A DNA stretch of 64,000 nt from Eledone cirrhosa (taxonomy: Eukaryota): assembly GCA_964016885.1 (NCBI GenBank), contig OZ024740.1, forward strand, positions 337,218,001 to 337,282,000, in the 5' to 3' direction. Each line of letters begins with the position of its first letter. Position 1 is the first letter of the stretch. This document shows, piece by piece, positions 36,160 through 50,784 of this stretch. The translations under genes and the position numbers were made by a program. The notes below the pieces were generated by a model, which was not told the origin of the DNA, made no database searches, and was given only the letters and a program-made list of their open reading frames with translations.

Positions 36160-37900
36160 CAGGCGCCATTTTGGAGTTTAAGATAATAAAAATTACTTTT
36201 TGCTCTTCTAGGTGGTGTCCATCACTTTTCTGATTATCCTGGTAGTGCCAAGTAGACATGTTTTTGCACAGGCTCTATATCAGGAGCATATCCAATTTGT
36301 TGCAATGTTTTAGCAAGATTATCTGTTACACATCCTAGTGTTCCTATAATTATCAGTGCCAGTATTACCTTATTTGCTTTACTCTTCCCTACTTTCAAAA
36401 TTTCATATTTGAGGTCATTGTAGTAGTTTTTCTTCTCTTTTTCTTTATCCTTATTCTCTTGTCAAAAGGGGAGGCTATGTCCACAATAAGGCACGTCTTT
36501 TTTTATTGATGATCAACACTATATCTGGTTTGTTGTGATCAATCGTTGTTTCCCCTTTGTATTGTAATATCCCATAGATTTCCAACTTTCATCTCTTTTG
36601 TCACCAAGTGATCATACCATTTTTCACTACAATTAAAACGAAACTCTTTACATTTTAGAATATGTGGTGTGGTAAATAAATATATACATATATGCCTGAA
36701 CATAATGGAATCTCTTTCACTCTCCCCATTTCTTACTACTATGGGGGCTCATGTGCTGGCCATCCTGCAGCCCTGGCCAACAGAATAGAGAAGGCATTTC
36801 CCCAGATGGTGGTGAGGGAGATGCCATTCCAGCTTGCAAGGCTCACAGCTGTGGGTAGCCAACTCCATGCCGATGGTGGTGAGTAGGGAGGTGGGCCTAG
36901 GGCCAAGGACACCAGATGTCTCCACTCTTTACATAGTCGCCAATGTATTATTGCTGCCATTTTATCATATCTCCATTTTTTATATTCATTCTGAGCCAGT
37001 TGTGAGCATTCTGAGACATGACGAATTGTCTCATTCATCTTTCCACACATTCTGTAAAGGGGTGATGTAATCACCTTATCCACATTGACTCTGACCTAAT
37101 TTGTCCTTATTGCCTAGTCTTAGGTTGCCATGATCAAATCCTCTGTTTCCTTCTCCAGATACCCTCTTCATAACTATGTCCACATGTCTTTATAATTTCT
37201 GACATCTTTTGTGTTCTTTTCATAGGTTGAGTGCATTGATTTTGCTTCAAATCTGTGGCTATTTTGGCTTTCTTTTTCTTTGAATTAAACCTTTCTATCA
37301 TAGATCCCTCTTTTTATGATCTCCTTTATCAATGTTTCTTGATTTTTTCCTAGGTATTCACTCAAGCTTACTTTTTCAACTGGAACTATCTCCTCTCTGC
37401 TAATCAGTCCTTTCCTGCCTTCTGCTCTACTCATGTAGAGTTGATCAACGTCTGCCTGAGGGTGCAAGCCTTGAAATATATTCAACATCTTTTTTGTTTT
37501 TCTATCTATATTCTTCAGTTCATCAACAATCCAATCAATTATTCCAGCACCATATCTTATTGTAAACCCAGCTCTGGAGTTCATTGATGTTATCATGTTT
37601 CCAGCATTAAGCTGTGATCCTAGGATGATCTTGACTCTTCTGAAATATTAATGTGTGACTTTTCCCTTTATTTTCTTGCTAAGTACCTTGTCACTCTGAA
37701 ATATTCCGAGAGACTTGTAGGCCTCTCCATCTTCCAAAGAACAAACAACTTCATTGTTGCCGCATTCATCTACCCCAAATTCCAAGCGAGTGTCCACATA
37801 AACACTCTTACTGTCTGGACCAATGAATTTATCTTGTTCATGTTTTCCCATATAACTTGAGGTCATCCATGTATCTTCCTTTTCCTAGTGAATACCCACA
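36160..37900 (-). mobile_element. Decayed R4/Dong-like LINE (restriction-like endonuclease type)
   Basis: RMCGKMNETIRHVSEC...YKKWRYDKMAAIIHW, HNKPDIV, RYGAGIIDW, GLHPQADVDQLY; many stops; unrelated insert at ~36650-36915. Confidence 0.8.
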
Positions 37901-38054
37901 TTTCCCTGCCAGATAGTCCTATACGAGCGAGACATGGTCACCCGACCAACCTTGCCAAATTGGGACAACTCCCATCTAACCCATACTAGCGTGGAAGATG
38001 GACATTAAACGATGATGATGATGATATATGTATATATATATTATATATATATGT

Positions 38055-40298
38055 ATCATCATCATCATCATCATCGTTTAACGTCCATCTTCCACGCTTG
38101 CATGGGTTTGGACGGGAGTTTTCCCACTTGAGGCAAGAGTGGTTGTCTTGCTCGCATAGGACTGTCTGGCGGGTTTTCTACGGCTAGATGCCCTTCCTAA
38201 CACCAACCACGTTTACAGTGTGGACTGGGAGGTTTTTACCGTGTTACCTACACGGCCACATTACAGCGTGGACTGTGTGTTTTTTTGTCGTGACACCTAC
38301 ACGACCTCATTTGTTTTGGACTGGATGTTGTGGTGCCAACATAACTTTACATTGAAAGGGGTGGTGTGGATGGGGTGGGGGTAGTGGGACGGGGGTGTAT
38401 TTTGTTAGAGGTGCCTACTGACTGTAGTAGGTTTTACTTTGTACTTAGGTAAGGCGGGTCTTCTGTATTACTGTGTAGTGCCAAAGATCTCGGTCCAGTG
38501 ACATTGTCTTGGAGAGGTGTAAGTCTGTGAGGTCGGAATTTATCAAGTCGTCCCAGGTTTTTCTGGGTCTGCCTACTCCGTGGCTACCGTCTATTTTTAT
38601 TGCCCTGCACTTTTTTATACAGCTGTCGTCTTTCATGCGCATCACGTGACCATACCAACGTAGTCTTCTCTCGAGTAAACAACATCTGATCCCTCTTATT
38701 TCTAATTTTTCCCTTAGTTCGTTTATGCTTTGCCATTCACGTATATTACTATTACACATCCAGCGGAGCATGCAAGCTTCGTTCCTCTCCAGTTTGCGTA
38801 TATCCTCTGCACACAATGCCCAGGTCTCACTGCCATGTAACATTGCTGTTCATATGCAGGCATCATACAGCCTGCCTTTCATTTTTAGAGAGAACCCTTT
38901 AGCGGCTAATAGTGGTATAAGCTCTCTGAACTTTTTCCATCCAGTTCTGACTCTAGCTACTGTACTTTCAGAGCACCCTCCACCACTGCTGATTTTGTCA
39001 CCCAAGTAACGGAAGGTGTCCACTATTTCTATAGAACCATCTGTGCAATGGAATGAGCTAGTATTCTGTGGGCACTTGCTGCTACTTATTGCACCAGAGC
39101 ACCGGCCACATATAAAATCTATGTTCTTAGTTAGCTTACCTGTGATCCCACTACATCTTTTATGCACCCATATTTTGCATTTGGGACATAAAATGGAGTT
39201 TCTACCTACTCCTTTCCTACACACTGAGCATGGCCATTTCCCGGATGGGACCGGTGCCCTATTTTCCTTCCTACAAACTAGAACTTTAGTCTTAGACAGA
39301 TTAATATTAAGGCCTTTTGATTCTAGACCATGATTCCATGTTTGGAATTTCTTCTCTAGTTCGGCCATTGATTCAGCTATGAGTGTTAGATCATCTGCGT
39401 ATAGGAGTTCCCATGGGCAGCCGGTCTTGAACTCCACTGTTATAGCCTGAAGGGCAATAATAAATAGTAGGGGGCTAAGAACGGAGCCCTGATGAACCCC
39501 AACTTTTACGCTAAACTCTTCACTATATTCGTTGTTAATTCTAACCTTGCTGACTGTTTCTTTATACATGGCTTGTATAGCTCTCACAAGCCATTCATCA
39601 ACACCTAGTTTTCTAAGAGCCCACCAGATAATGGAACGGGGGACTCTGTCGAAGGCTTTCTCCAAGTCGACAAAAGCTAAGTATAGGGGTTTACTTTTAG
39701 CTAGGTACTCCTCCTGTAGTTGTTGTACAATGACAAGAGCGTCTGTGGTACTTTTACCTGACACAAACCCGAACTGCATTTCATCTAGATCAATTCTCTC
39801 TCTGATTAGTTGCGCTATTACTTTTTCTGCGACCTTCATGACCTTGTCAATTAATTTAATGCCTCTATAGTTACTCCTATCTAGGGCATCTCCTTTACCC
39901 TTGTAGCAGTTAATGATGATGCTGCTACGCCAGTCCTTCGGAACAACCCCATTCTGTATGACTTGGTTTACTATCCGGGTGACCATGGTGTGTCCCACCG
40001 TTCCAGAAGCTTTCAGCATTTCAGCAACTATTTCCGAAGGCCCAGCCGCCTTACCCGTCTTCATATCTTTGATTACCTTACTTATTATACTACCTTCAAC
40101 TAGCACTGCTGGTCCCTCTATTGGATCGATGTGGGGAGACTGTCTTTCTCCCAATTATTCTCCTCATTTAGTAGCTTTTCGTAGTGACACTTCCAAGCTA
40201 CCTTCTTATCAGCGTCAGTGATGGCAAGTACACCATCATCATTAAGGACACACTTCTCCCCGACAATATCACGGTTTTCCTTGACACATTGCGTAGCA
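38055..40298 (-). mobile_element. RTE subfamily B, 5'-truncated
   Basis: 434-aa and 132-aa ORFs separated by one stop; RT and PHD-like motifs; (CAT)n tail on the + strand. Confidence 0.95.
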
Positions 40299-40622
40299 AT
40301 ATATATATATATATATATATTTCAACACTTGCTAGCAGGGAAGATGGACATTAAATGATGATGATGGTAAAGTTGATATTCATGTATATAGGTGCAGGCA
40401 TGGTTGTGTGGTTAAGTTGTCTTTGGAAACTGCAGAAGCCCATTGTATATATATATACCTCATGCATACATACACATATATTACCAGGTTCTTTTTTTAA
40501 TTTCCTGTGGTTGATATACCAGTTGCAACACTGGACTGACAAACATTGCATTTTATTTATAAAAATATTTACAACAGGCTTTTGCAGTTTCCATTTACAA
40601 AATTTCACTCAAGGCATTGATT

Positions 40623-40837
40623 AACTAGACCTGAAAAATGCGCAAGCTCAAAAGAGCCACAGAATGTTATAATAAACCTTCAAAAGTGTGGGACTAGAGT
40701 TGTTGCTCAAAAATATTGTAATCATTATCTATCGTACACTCTGTGGCATCCTTTTATAAAAAAGAGACTCATAACGACACAATATTATTATAACATTCTG
40801 TGGCTCTTTTGAGCTTGCGCATTTTTCAGGTCTAGTT
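40623..40837. repeat. Foldback element with ~53-bp perfect inverted arms
   Basis: aactagacctgaaaaatgcgcaagctc... pairs with ...gagcttgcgcatttttcaggtctagtt. Confidence 0.8.
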
Positions 40838-40896
40838 TAATATTTTTTTAAGGCAACGCTGTAATAACTCTAGTTAAACATGATACGTATATCTTA

Positions 40897-41086
40897 ATAA
40901 TTGTTTCTACTTTAGGCACAAGGCCAGCAATTACCCAGTACATTGCTGGTACTTTATTTTATTGACCCCGTAAGGATGAAAGGCAAAGTCAACCTCGGCG
41001 GGATTTGAACTCGGATCGTAAAGGGAAGTAACTATGCTGGAAAGCATGGCGTCCGACCCTCTACCGATTCTGCCAATCCACCGCCA
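40897..41086 (-). mobile_element. tRNA-derived SINE (family 1), young copy
   Basis: CpG-retaining match to the consensus. Confidence 0.9.
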
Positions 41087-41689
41087 CTGATATATATTAA
41101 TAATAAATTATCGTTGTAATGTAATTAGATTATATAATTGTTATTTTATAAATGATCTTATAAATATTATTGTAAGATGTATAAAAATATTTTCAGATTT
41201 TTAATAGTTAATATAAATTTTAAAAATCATATATAAATTAATATAACTTACCAAAATGAGAAAAAACATTTTGATGATAAAACGACGAAATACTGGAGGA
41301 AGATTCGAAAGCGAAACGATAAATAAACATGGAAACAAAGTGGCGGATGCTTTTGAGCAACAATTACTCTCGTTGGTTGATTAGCCAATAAGACGATGAA
41401 ATTAACCAATAAGACGATACATTACAAAAGATGTTTGGGAGGCATCACCACGGCCAGCGATACCCCTTGAAATTTTTATTCACAAGCTACGCATGTATGT
41501 CATCAGACACACATACTTAAAACATTCTGTTGTTAGTCACTGTGTGTCTAACAGATATGAGGCTATAGTAGAAGACACTTTCCTACAGTCGACGTAAATC
41601 TGAAACTATATGGTTGCAAAGTGAACTGCTTAACCACACAGCCATGTCTGTGCCTATTATTATTAATATTCATCTTATTTTTTATTGCA

Positions 41690-44600
41690 TGTCATGACTG
41701 CATTACCAACCACAGCTATGTGTGCCTTGGGTATAGGCAGTGTTGTTATTTCTACTGTATTATGAACATTCTTTGCAATATGTGTGCTGTGCTTAGTAAT
41801 GCTATTTTCTGTATGTTGCATATATTTGTAAGTCCCAGGGTTTTGGTTATGCATTTGTTTCTGTGATTTCTTTTTATCCTTCTCAGAGGACCTTATTATA
41901 GGGATTGTTTCTGTTTTCATCATCCACATTCAGGTTATTTCTATCTTCAGATCTTTGCATTTGGATAGTTCCTCCATTTTCTTAATAGTTATGTTGTTGT
42001 CTGTAGGGATAGATAAATTAATTAGAAGACATCTTTTTCGTTGTGGTACTGGTTCGTTGACTTTGATATCCCTGTCTGTGTGTAGTGGCATTTCCAAGAG
42101 TCTGGTATATATCTATTCTGCTCCTTTTCTGTTGGTATTTTGCAGTGTTGGCATAACTTCCTGTACATATAAATCCCAACTCTTTCAGGTCTGTGGATAT
42201 AGTCTGTTTTGGCTAAGACTGGGCAACCAAAGATAATGTAGTTAATTGTTTCTTCCCTGCTTCCACATATTCTGCAGTTACTTACTGTGTTTTGCTTCAT
42301 TATATACTTTCTAATCTAAGGGGGGGAGGGAGTCTTTGATTTTGTACTGCAATTAGAAATCATTCAGTCTTGGCTTTTAGTCCAGTGCTTCTTCACCAGT
42401 TTTGTGAATTTCCCTTGTTTAATTCTTCCCTATTCAGTTTTTTCCCAGGTATTGGCTATATATGGGTTTTGGTTGCCATTATTTTAAGCATTGCATTCTG
42501 TAGATCTCTTTTCAATTTTCATTTTATCTTTTTCACAATTTTTGTTGTTTTTGCTGTTTTCATTTTCTTCAGAATTATCTGTCAATTCAGTTTCTGTTTT
42601 GAATTCTTTGGCTTCCTTGAAGACAGGAAACAATTTTTTGTTTTGTTAATGTTTCATTGCTATATGTATTAACTTTCCAGCAGAATTTTGTAGTCATACA
42701 GTGGATATTTTATTATAGTTTTCTAGATGCATAACGTCACTTTCTCCCTCGGTTTATGGTAGGTATAATCTTTCTGATTTTGAGTGTTCTATTCTAAATT
42801 CAGTAATTATTTTTCTCGTTTTTATGTCTAGTAGTTCTATTTCAGGATGTTAAAGCTATAGCTTATTACTGGGATTGCTAAAGTTTTGATGCCTTTTCCA
42901 TTATTCTTTGCATTTAGTTCTGTCATAAGTAGTAATCTAACCCATCTATAGTAAAACGTTCCTAATCTTTTCTTTCATCAGTGAGTGCTGAAACCCATAT
43001 AGTTCATTGATGCCTAAGTATTTGTATGTCTGTGTTTGATCTAATTCTCTTATATCAGTTTCTTTAACTTAGAGATTTTCCCTAGTTTTCCTCTCTTCAG
43101 GGTTGCCTTGGCACATTTTCCTTGTTTAAATTTCTTTTATGAATCCATGTATTGTCTGTAGCAGTGTTTCAAGTTCATACAGATTTAGATCATCAATATA
43201 CAGGGATGCTTAATTTTCTTGCCATAGCGTGGAAGATGGACGTTAAATGAAAATGATGATGATGATGATAGCATTTATAATCAAGTCCAGTACTGTTTAG
43301 TATCTTAGATAATGGTGTCAATGTTAGGAAAAAGAGGTAGGAGGGAGTCCCCTTGAAGTATCCATCTGTTAATTGGGCTGGGCTTAGTTTTTATTAATTC
43401 ACCTTTTGTTTATATCAACAGAACTTACTCATGGCAGGTTTGACGAATGTTTTTATTGTTGGTACTACTTTGTTTATAGCTAGTTTGTACAGTATTAACA
43501 TATGGTGAACACTGCCAAAAGCTTTCTGGTAATGAATCCATGCTAAGCTGAGTTTTTTTTCTTTTTCTGATTTTTTTTCTCTTTTACTGTCATAGCTTTG
43601 TTGATTAGTATTTGGTCTTCACAGCCATATGAGCCTTTGTAGCATCCATTTTGCTCTTCTGGAAACAGGTTGTTTTTTCCAATTGCTTGACCAGTGCCTG
43701 TGATATTATTGCATTTAAGGTATTGTAGGTTGTAGCAAGGCATGTTATGAGTCAGTAGTTTGGTTGGTTTGTTGCCTTATTATTCTTAAAGATCAGGGTA
43801 GTTTCCCCCATTATTGAGTCAGTTGTGTCCTTTATGGCCCGGTCAACATCTCATTAAACTTCATTGTGCAAGTACACTATGTATCCCTGCTAAATCTTTC
43901 ACCCAGAAGTTTAGGATTTTGTCATATCCCAGTGCTTTCTAGTTGCTTGCCTTTTTTTACCTCTTCTGTTTTTACCTCCATAGTTGTTTGGGAGCTGTGT
44001 TTGTTGTTCTTACTATTCCTGTGTATTGCTGCCTGCAATACCTCCTCCCATCCTCAGTACTCTTCCTTTTTTTTACCTTTGGGTCTACATTTACCTCTAT
44101 TTTGCTTCTACTAAGTTCCTGGTAGAATTGTTTTGGGTTCAGGTGAAATTGCTGGTTTTGTTAGAAAAACTGTTGGTGTTTTTCATATCTCCAGATTCTT
44201 TGTGCCTTTGTAAGTATTTATTGTTTACAGTAATCCTTAGTCTCTGGGACTTCCTTTTCTGTTATATTATATTTTTTAGTATTTTTATTTTCTTTCCTTT
44301 TCTTTCCTATCATTTTTTTGTTTCTTTGATTTCCATTTTTGTGTTTGTTTTTCTATTCATATTTGTGTAGATCTAAGGGGGTATCCATTTTCTTTTGTAG
44401 CTACTGTGGTTGCTGCATATATTATGTTATTTAGCCTTGTGCTACTAATGGTTTTGTTTGTGTTAATTAAGTCTATGATGACCAGGTTAGAGTTTTTTAT
44501 AATTGTTATTATTTCACCATTGATTTTTATCTTTGGGAAGTGTATTCTTTGGTTCATAGGGAAATGTTCTAGTGTTTGGAGTTTTTGGAATATTTCCATT

Positions 44601-45100
44601 TTTATCCTATTGTGGTCCATCTTCTACATTTCTTGTACCTACATCTTCCACCTCATATTTCCTTTCATTTGTATTTTTGGCTGTGTTGTCATTAATCACT
44701 TTTTGTTGGCCAGTACTCTGTATGTCTTTTAGGGTCAGGGTTTGTTGTGTATTTTGTGTATCTGTTTTGGATATGTTAGTTCTATCATCACGGTTTAAAT
44801 TTTCAATATTTTTATATTTATGTTCGTTAGTTATTTTGTGTCCATAGTGTTTTAGTAGTATTCTCTCTCTTTCAGTGCTCTATTTCAATTTCTGATATTT
44901 TTTGTTTTTAATATACATTTTCTTAGGTTTTCTAGTTTGTTGGGGTTGTATTAAATCAGGGTGTGCACCTTATTTTTATTCACTTTATGCAGAGTTATAT
45001 TGTGTTTATTTGCCTCATTTTTAGTATTTTTTGTATTTGTTGATGATTGCTTTGTCTTGCTATCCATTTATTGTGATGAATGTGGCTTCATAATATGAAT
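41690..45100 (-). mobile_element. Decayed R4/Dong-like LINE, near full length
   Basis: CRICGSREETINYIIFGCPVLAKTDYIHR and EEQNGCYKGSYGCEDQILINKA; many frameshifts. Confidence 0.8.
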
Positions 45101-45109
45101 GCTCATAAT

Positions 45110-45710
45110 GGAACTCCATTCACACTGAAGCAGGTGAATTCAAATATCTCGAGGCTATGTTCACAAGTGATGAAAGGCAGGAGGCTAAATTGAGTACAAG
45201 AATTGCAGTAATGCACCAGCTTCAGCATTTAGTAATCAGAAGGGAGGTAGGTGTAACAAATCTAACATGCTATCTTCAATTTGTTATTCATGTTAACCCT
45301 TACCAATGGTCATGTATCTTGGATAATAACTGAAAGAATATGATCACAAATACAAGCGGTTAAAATGGGGTTCCTCCGATGTTACTTGAAAGAGTGTGAG
45401 GCTCGGAGATCAGAGAGTCACTCCAGGTAGAGCTACTACTTCTCTGAATTGAGAGATCCTAGATACTATGGGCATGTGGTTAGAATGTCTCAGGAAAGAA
45501 TTGCTGGATAGATTTTCGGGCAAAACCAACTGGCAGGAGACCTAGGAGTAGACCCTGAGTAAGATGGTTGGATAACATCCATGCTTTTGGCTGGTCTCAC
45601 TTGGATCAGTTGGAGATAGTTGATTCTGACAGGACTCGCTGGAAAGAGTGTTTGAGGACTCTGCCCCAAATGACCCTCTTAGGAATAAGTGGACGAAGAA
45701 AAAGAAGAAT
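45110..45710 (+). mobile_element. Old RTE-group LINE 3' fragment
   Basis: Remnant GHVVRM and GRRPRSRP motifs; (GAA)n tail. Confidence 0.65.
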
Positions 45711-45769
45711 GCTTGTTATATATCAACAATCAATAAATTTATAAATTTTATGTGTCTTAATTATATGCA

Positions 45770-47832
45770 GCTGGTTTGACCCCTTTTCAGAAGCTGGAGA
45801 AATATATTCTGCAGCAGCATCTCTTTGATGGTCAAACTAAATGGCTACTTACCAGAATCATTCATATCAAATGCTAATTTTGTTAAGGATGTCCCCTCTC
45901 TCCTCTCCTTTAAGTGTTAACTTTGGAGTTTTTGTTGTGGAGAATGGAAATCTTAAGAATAATTCCATTTGAGCCTGGTCACAGGAGAGCTGTGTTTACA
46001 TTTGCAGATGACATCACTGGTATCAGACACATCAGATATAGAGGCAGTCAGCACCACACCAGAAGAATGCCAGTAGGTTACTGGTGTTTGCATTAATTGG
46101 GACAACTAAGTGGGCTTGCAACTTAGCATATAGATAGGCAGGCACATGCTTTCCAGTAGAAATTTCTGTTGCTAGACCAATGACTTGATTAAAGTGTTTG
46201 GAGTCTGGTTTAGACTAGACTTCCAGGTAGAAAAGAACTGGGAGGTTACAAACAGGGTGGCCAATCTCATTCAGACATGAGCAGATGAAAGCTGTCTCTC
46301 AAAGGTCATGTAGAGGTGGCAAATATATATTACTTTGGTGGTATATCACAGCCTCAACATTGTACTATGCCACCCAGATACACCTGACCAGACTGGATCA
46401 CATGCTCTTTCGTATTTTGTGGAAAGGACAAGTCCCACTTGTCAGAGAACTCATCTGCTGCCAATATTCATTCCATGGTGGTCTCAGAATGCTATTGCTA
46501 ATAATTGTTTCTACTTTTGGCACAAGGCCAGCAATTATTCCAGTGCATTACTGGTACTTTATTTTATCGACCCCGTAAGGATGAAAGGCAAAGTTAACCT
46601 CAGCGGGATTTGAACTTAGACCATAAAGGGGCGTAACTCTATGTTGCAAAGCATGGCGTCTGACCTTCTACTGATACTGCCAATCCACCACCTTATTGCT
46701 AATAATGCACAGACATTCGTTATGGTTAATGTCTTTGTGGAAACTAGTGTGGGTGTTTTTCATGTGACATGCTTTCTATAGCTCATTTCTTAGACTGAGC
46801 TACAGTCCTGGGTCAAGTGCAGACCTAAGTTGGATGCTTGACATCTAGAGTGCTGCCAAGCACTCGCAGCATTTTACCAGTTGGAAAATGTGATAGTCAG
46901 CCAGAAAACATTTCTTGCATTCTATACAGTGGCTCTGGGCTTTGATGAAGATAGTCTGGACAGACTCTTTTGGAAGACTTTCAGTTTGGGGATTATGGAC
47001 AATTTTCAAAAATCCTTGATATGGCAGTGCTATATAGTGGCATTACCAGTTCAAGACAAACTCTTCAGGAAAGGAAGTGCCAACAGCTGGATCAGTCAGA
47101 GATACATGTAGGGCAACAAAGCCATCATGCATGTTATAACCCAATGTCTTTGCATTGCAGACAATGGCTTGTAATGAACAACTGCTATCATATCTGGTAC
47201 ATATACAGCTTATCAGCCAAGTCTATGGTGGAAATAAAACTACCACTTGCTTTAAGAAGAGAGGTGCAGTAATTTTTCCTCTGCTTGGTAGGCTATGTTG
47301 AAGGAAGCTGTATGGTGGACATATCTTAAAGGTTTGAGGTCAGGCATCTTCCTCTCTGGTCAAGCCCTCATCAACTTATTCAAGTATTATTTGCAGAGGA
47401 AGGTAAGGGTAGAGAAAAAGGTGCTGCCTTCTAGTATGTTTTATGAAAGATGAGTGAGAGCAGTGAAAGCAGAGAGGTTGAACGGGCCTACTCTGACTAT
47501 GCTTTTTAAGCCAAAGGAAACAAATCGAGTGAGAGCACTTTAATGCCAGTGAGGCAGCAGAGTAACCCAGGGTTTTGTGTGGGGTTCTCTCTGGAATTAC
47601 CCTAATGTGCAGTGCCCTATCTTTTGGGGAACTATTCCTAGTTGACACTTGCTATAGTTTTGTATTGTTATCATGACTATTTATTAGACTTACTGTTAAT
47701 GTTATATCTACAGTTGTTCCTCTGGTGATATTTTCTTTCTTTTACTTGATGTAACCCCCCCCCCCCCACCCCATGTTGTTTTTGTCCTTGTGTTGTCCCC
47801 AATGTTATTGACCCTTGTGGCCAATAAAAGAA
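45770..47832 (+). mobile_element. Decayed Tx1/L1-group LINE
   Basis: FADDIT and MDNFQKSLIWQCYIVALPVQDKL; homologous to 8745-9663; ends aataaaagaaa. Confidence 0.8.
46506..46693 (-). mobile_element. SINE family 1 nested in the Tx1-like LINE, 13-bp TSD
   Basis: TSD tattgctaataat at 46493-46505 and 46694-46706. Confidence 0.9.
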
Positions 47833-49044
47833 ATTATAATTGTTGTTATTATTACTAGATAAGGATGATGTCTTCTCCTTCTTTCTATCACACACACATA
47901 CATACACACACACTCTCTCTAAACAAATGATATTCCTTTTCTTTCTTTATTTATGTAAATCTCTTTCACTTGGCACTCACCCTCTATATAGATGAGGGCG
48001 ATGTCATAATTTTCTGTCTATCTACCTCTTTCTCTCACCCCAAAACCCATGGTGTTCTCTTTTCTCTCTCTATCTATGTATATATCTCTTGCTTGGTGAT
48101 CCCCCTCTCTATATATAGTGAGCTTGACAGACAGAGGGATGGACAGACAGACAGACAGCACTCTTATAATATAGATTATTACTATTATTGTTGTTGTTGT
48201 TATTATCATTATCATTATTCAATATTATTATTATTATCATCATTAATTATTATTACTCTTGATAATGTGCATGTTTTATGGCATTTAAATTTCAAAAATA
48301 AATGAAAGCTTTCAACTTGTCTGCTTTCAACTATAAGAACGAAAAATGTATTTCACATTGTTGCTCCTTATCAAGAAATATTTCTATTCTTTCTCTCTCA
48401 CAGTAAAATAAATTGAATTCTATTTATAATTAATTGCAAGTATTTCTTTCTTTTTAAAAATGTGAAAGCATCTTTATTAAAATATTTATCTTTTCAAGCT
48501 AAGAGCAATTTAAGAAAGAGATTCTGTCAGGATTCTGTATTAATTTTATCTGTCAATAATCTTTTACAGCAATGTTATAAATCACTCACAGCTTAGGTAC
48601 ATGTTGAATGTACAACACATCTATATCGCTCACTACATTAATGCTACATTAATAAAGAAATGTCTTCTAATAAGGTTTCTTCTTTATCAGTAATACAATC
48701 GAATGATGATGTTGGTTGTTACTTATGACCTCTTCTTCTATTGTCTATGAATAATTTCCTAGAAGATTATCTAAAACACACTTCCAAATTCATTATTGAT
48801 TCATGAATATTTTGTTGCAGTGGTGTTGTTTTTTTTTATTCTTTGTTTTCTCTTTTTCTCTTTTAGAATTAAAAAAAAAAATTATATTGTCTTTCTTTGC
48901 TGCAACAATTTTAGCTTACAGGGTAAAGGAAGGGTGGGGAAGAATTGAGTAAGGATAAAGAATAATAATAAGATAATAAGATAGGTCGTTGATTATATTA
49001 TAAGAATTAGTTAGTTTCTGATTGGCTATATGTGGGAAGTATAT

Positions 49045-49697
<653 letters not shown>

Positions 49698-50032
49698 AAT
49701 AAATATTTCTGATTGGTCAGCTTGGCAAAAGCTAAAAGTGCTGTGAACATGAACATTGAACATAAACAAGAGCAGAATAATATAATAATCATTATCATTA
49801 TCCTCATCATTATCATCATCACAATCCCCTCAAGAACTTCCACACCACAACCACATCACTACTTTTACCACTAGTACAACAGACTCTACTATCCCCACCA
49901 CTACAAAAACAGTCTCTACTACCAAACTATATTGTCCTCTTCTCCATTCAACCTGTGTAAACCTTCAACCTATTTCCATCTGACTCATCTATTTATCTTC
50001 TCATTACTACCTTTCCGATCCTTCCTCTACAG

Positions 50033-50084
50033 AGATTGGCTAGAGTTGGAGAATGACAAAACTTATGTGACAGAGATGAATAAG
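50033..50084 (+). CDS. Possible small exon (DWLELENDKTYVTEMNK)
   Basis: Pyrimidine-rich tacag acceptor, AAG/gttgtt weak donor, 52 bp; phase does not fit the 19207-51671 join. Confidence 0.25.
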
Positions 50085-50529
50085 GTTGTTTGTTGTTGTA
50101 TATCAACAAGTCTGTCTGGATAGAACAGACTCATGATCAAAGGCATTTCAGTTGTACTCATTCAATCATTTTGTACAAAGAATACATTGTCTAGCATGTT
50201 GATAATATTTAGTTGACGTCTAGCACATTGAGTGACTCTCTTGTTAGTTAGGGGTTCAACAAACATTTCTGGAATTCTGCTTTTGGGGTTCTGCTTTTAA
50301 GGTGTCTTTTAATAAAATTTATTTAATTATGTGTTTCTTTTTATATGAATAAATTCTCCTAAAATGGTGTGAGTGTCTTCTCTAGCAATGGGTTGACCAA
50401 TGAAATTTGCTATATGGAAATTGAGTGGAAGCCCATAATAAAAATATATATCTGCATGTGTATGTCTTTCTCTCTCTCTATATATATACATACATTTATA
50501 TACACCCTGCACAGATGAAAACATTGTTA

Positions 50530-50657
50530 AACTCTGAAGAAGCTGATTTGTCATGGTGCTTACACAAAGTATTGGAAATCAAGTTTTCTGATAAATCCCA
50601 TTGGATTAGCGACTCTAGATATTGCTCACCTGCTTATTGGTGAAACACGTGTCAGTT
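50530..50657 (+). ncRNA. Hammerhead motif with a ~90-nt loop II
   Basis: AACU-CUGAAGA-A-GCUGAU...AUUGGU-GAAAC-ACGU-GUC-AGUU followed by AAUAAA. Confidence 0.6.
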
Positions 50658-50725
50658 ATGTAATAAATGTTAGTCCTTCAACTGCAAAATTGTTGTATTC
50701 ATGTGATCTATCTATCTATCTATCA

Positions 50726-50784
<59 letters not shown>

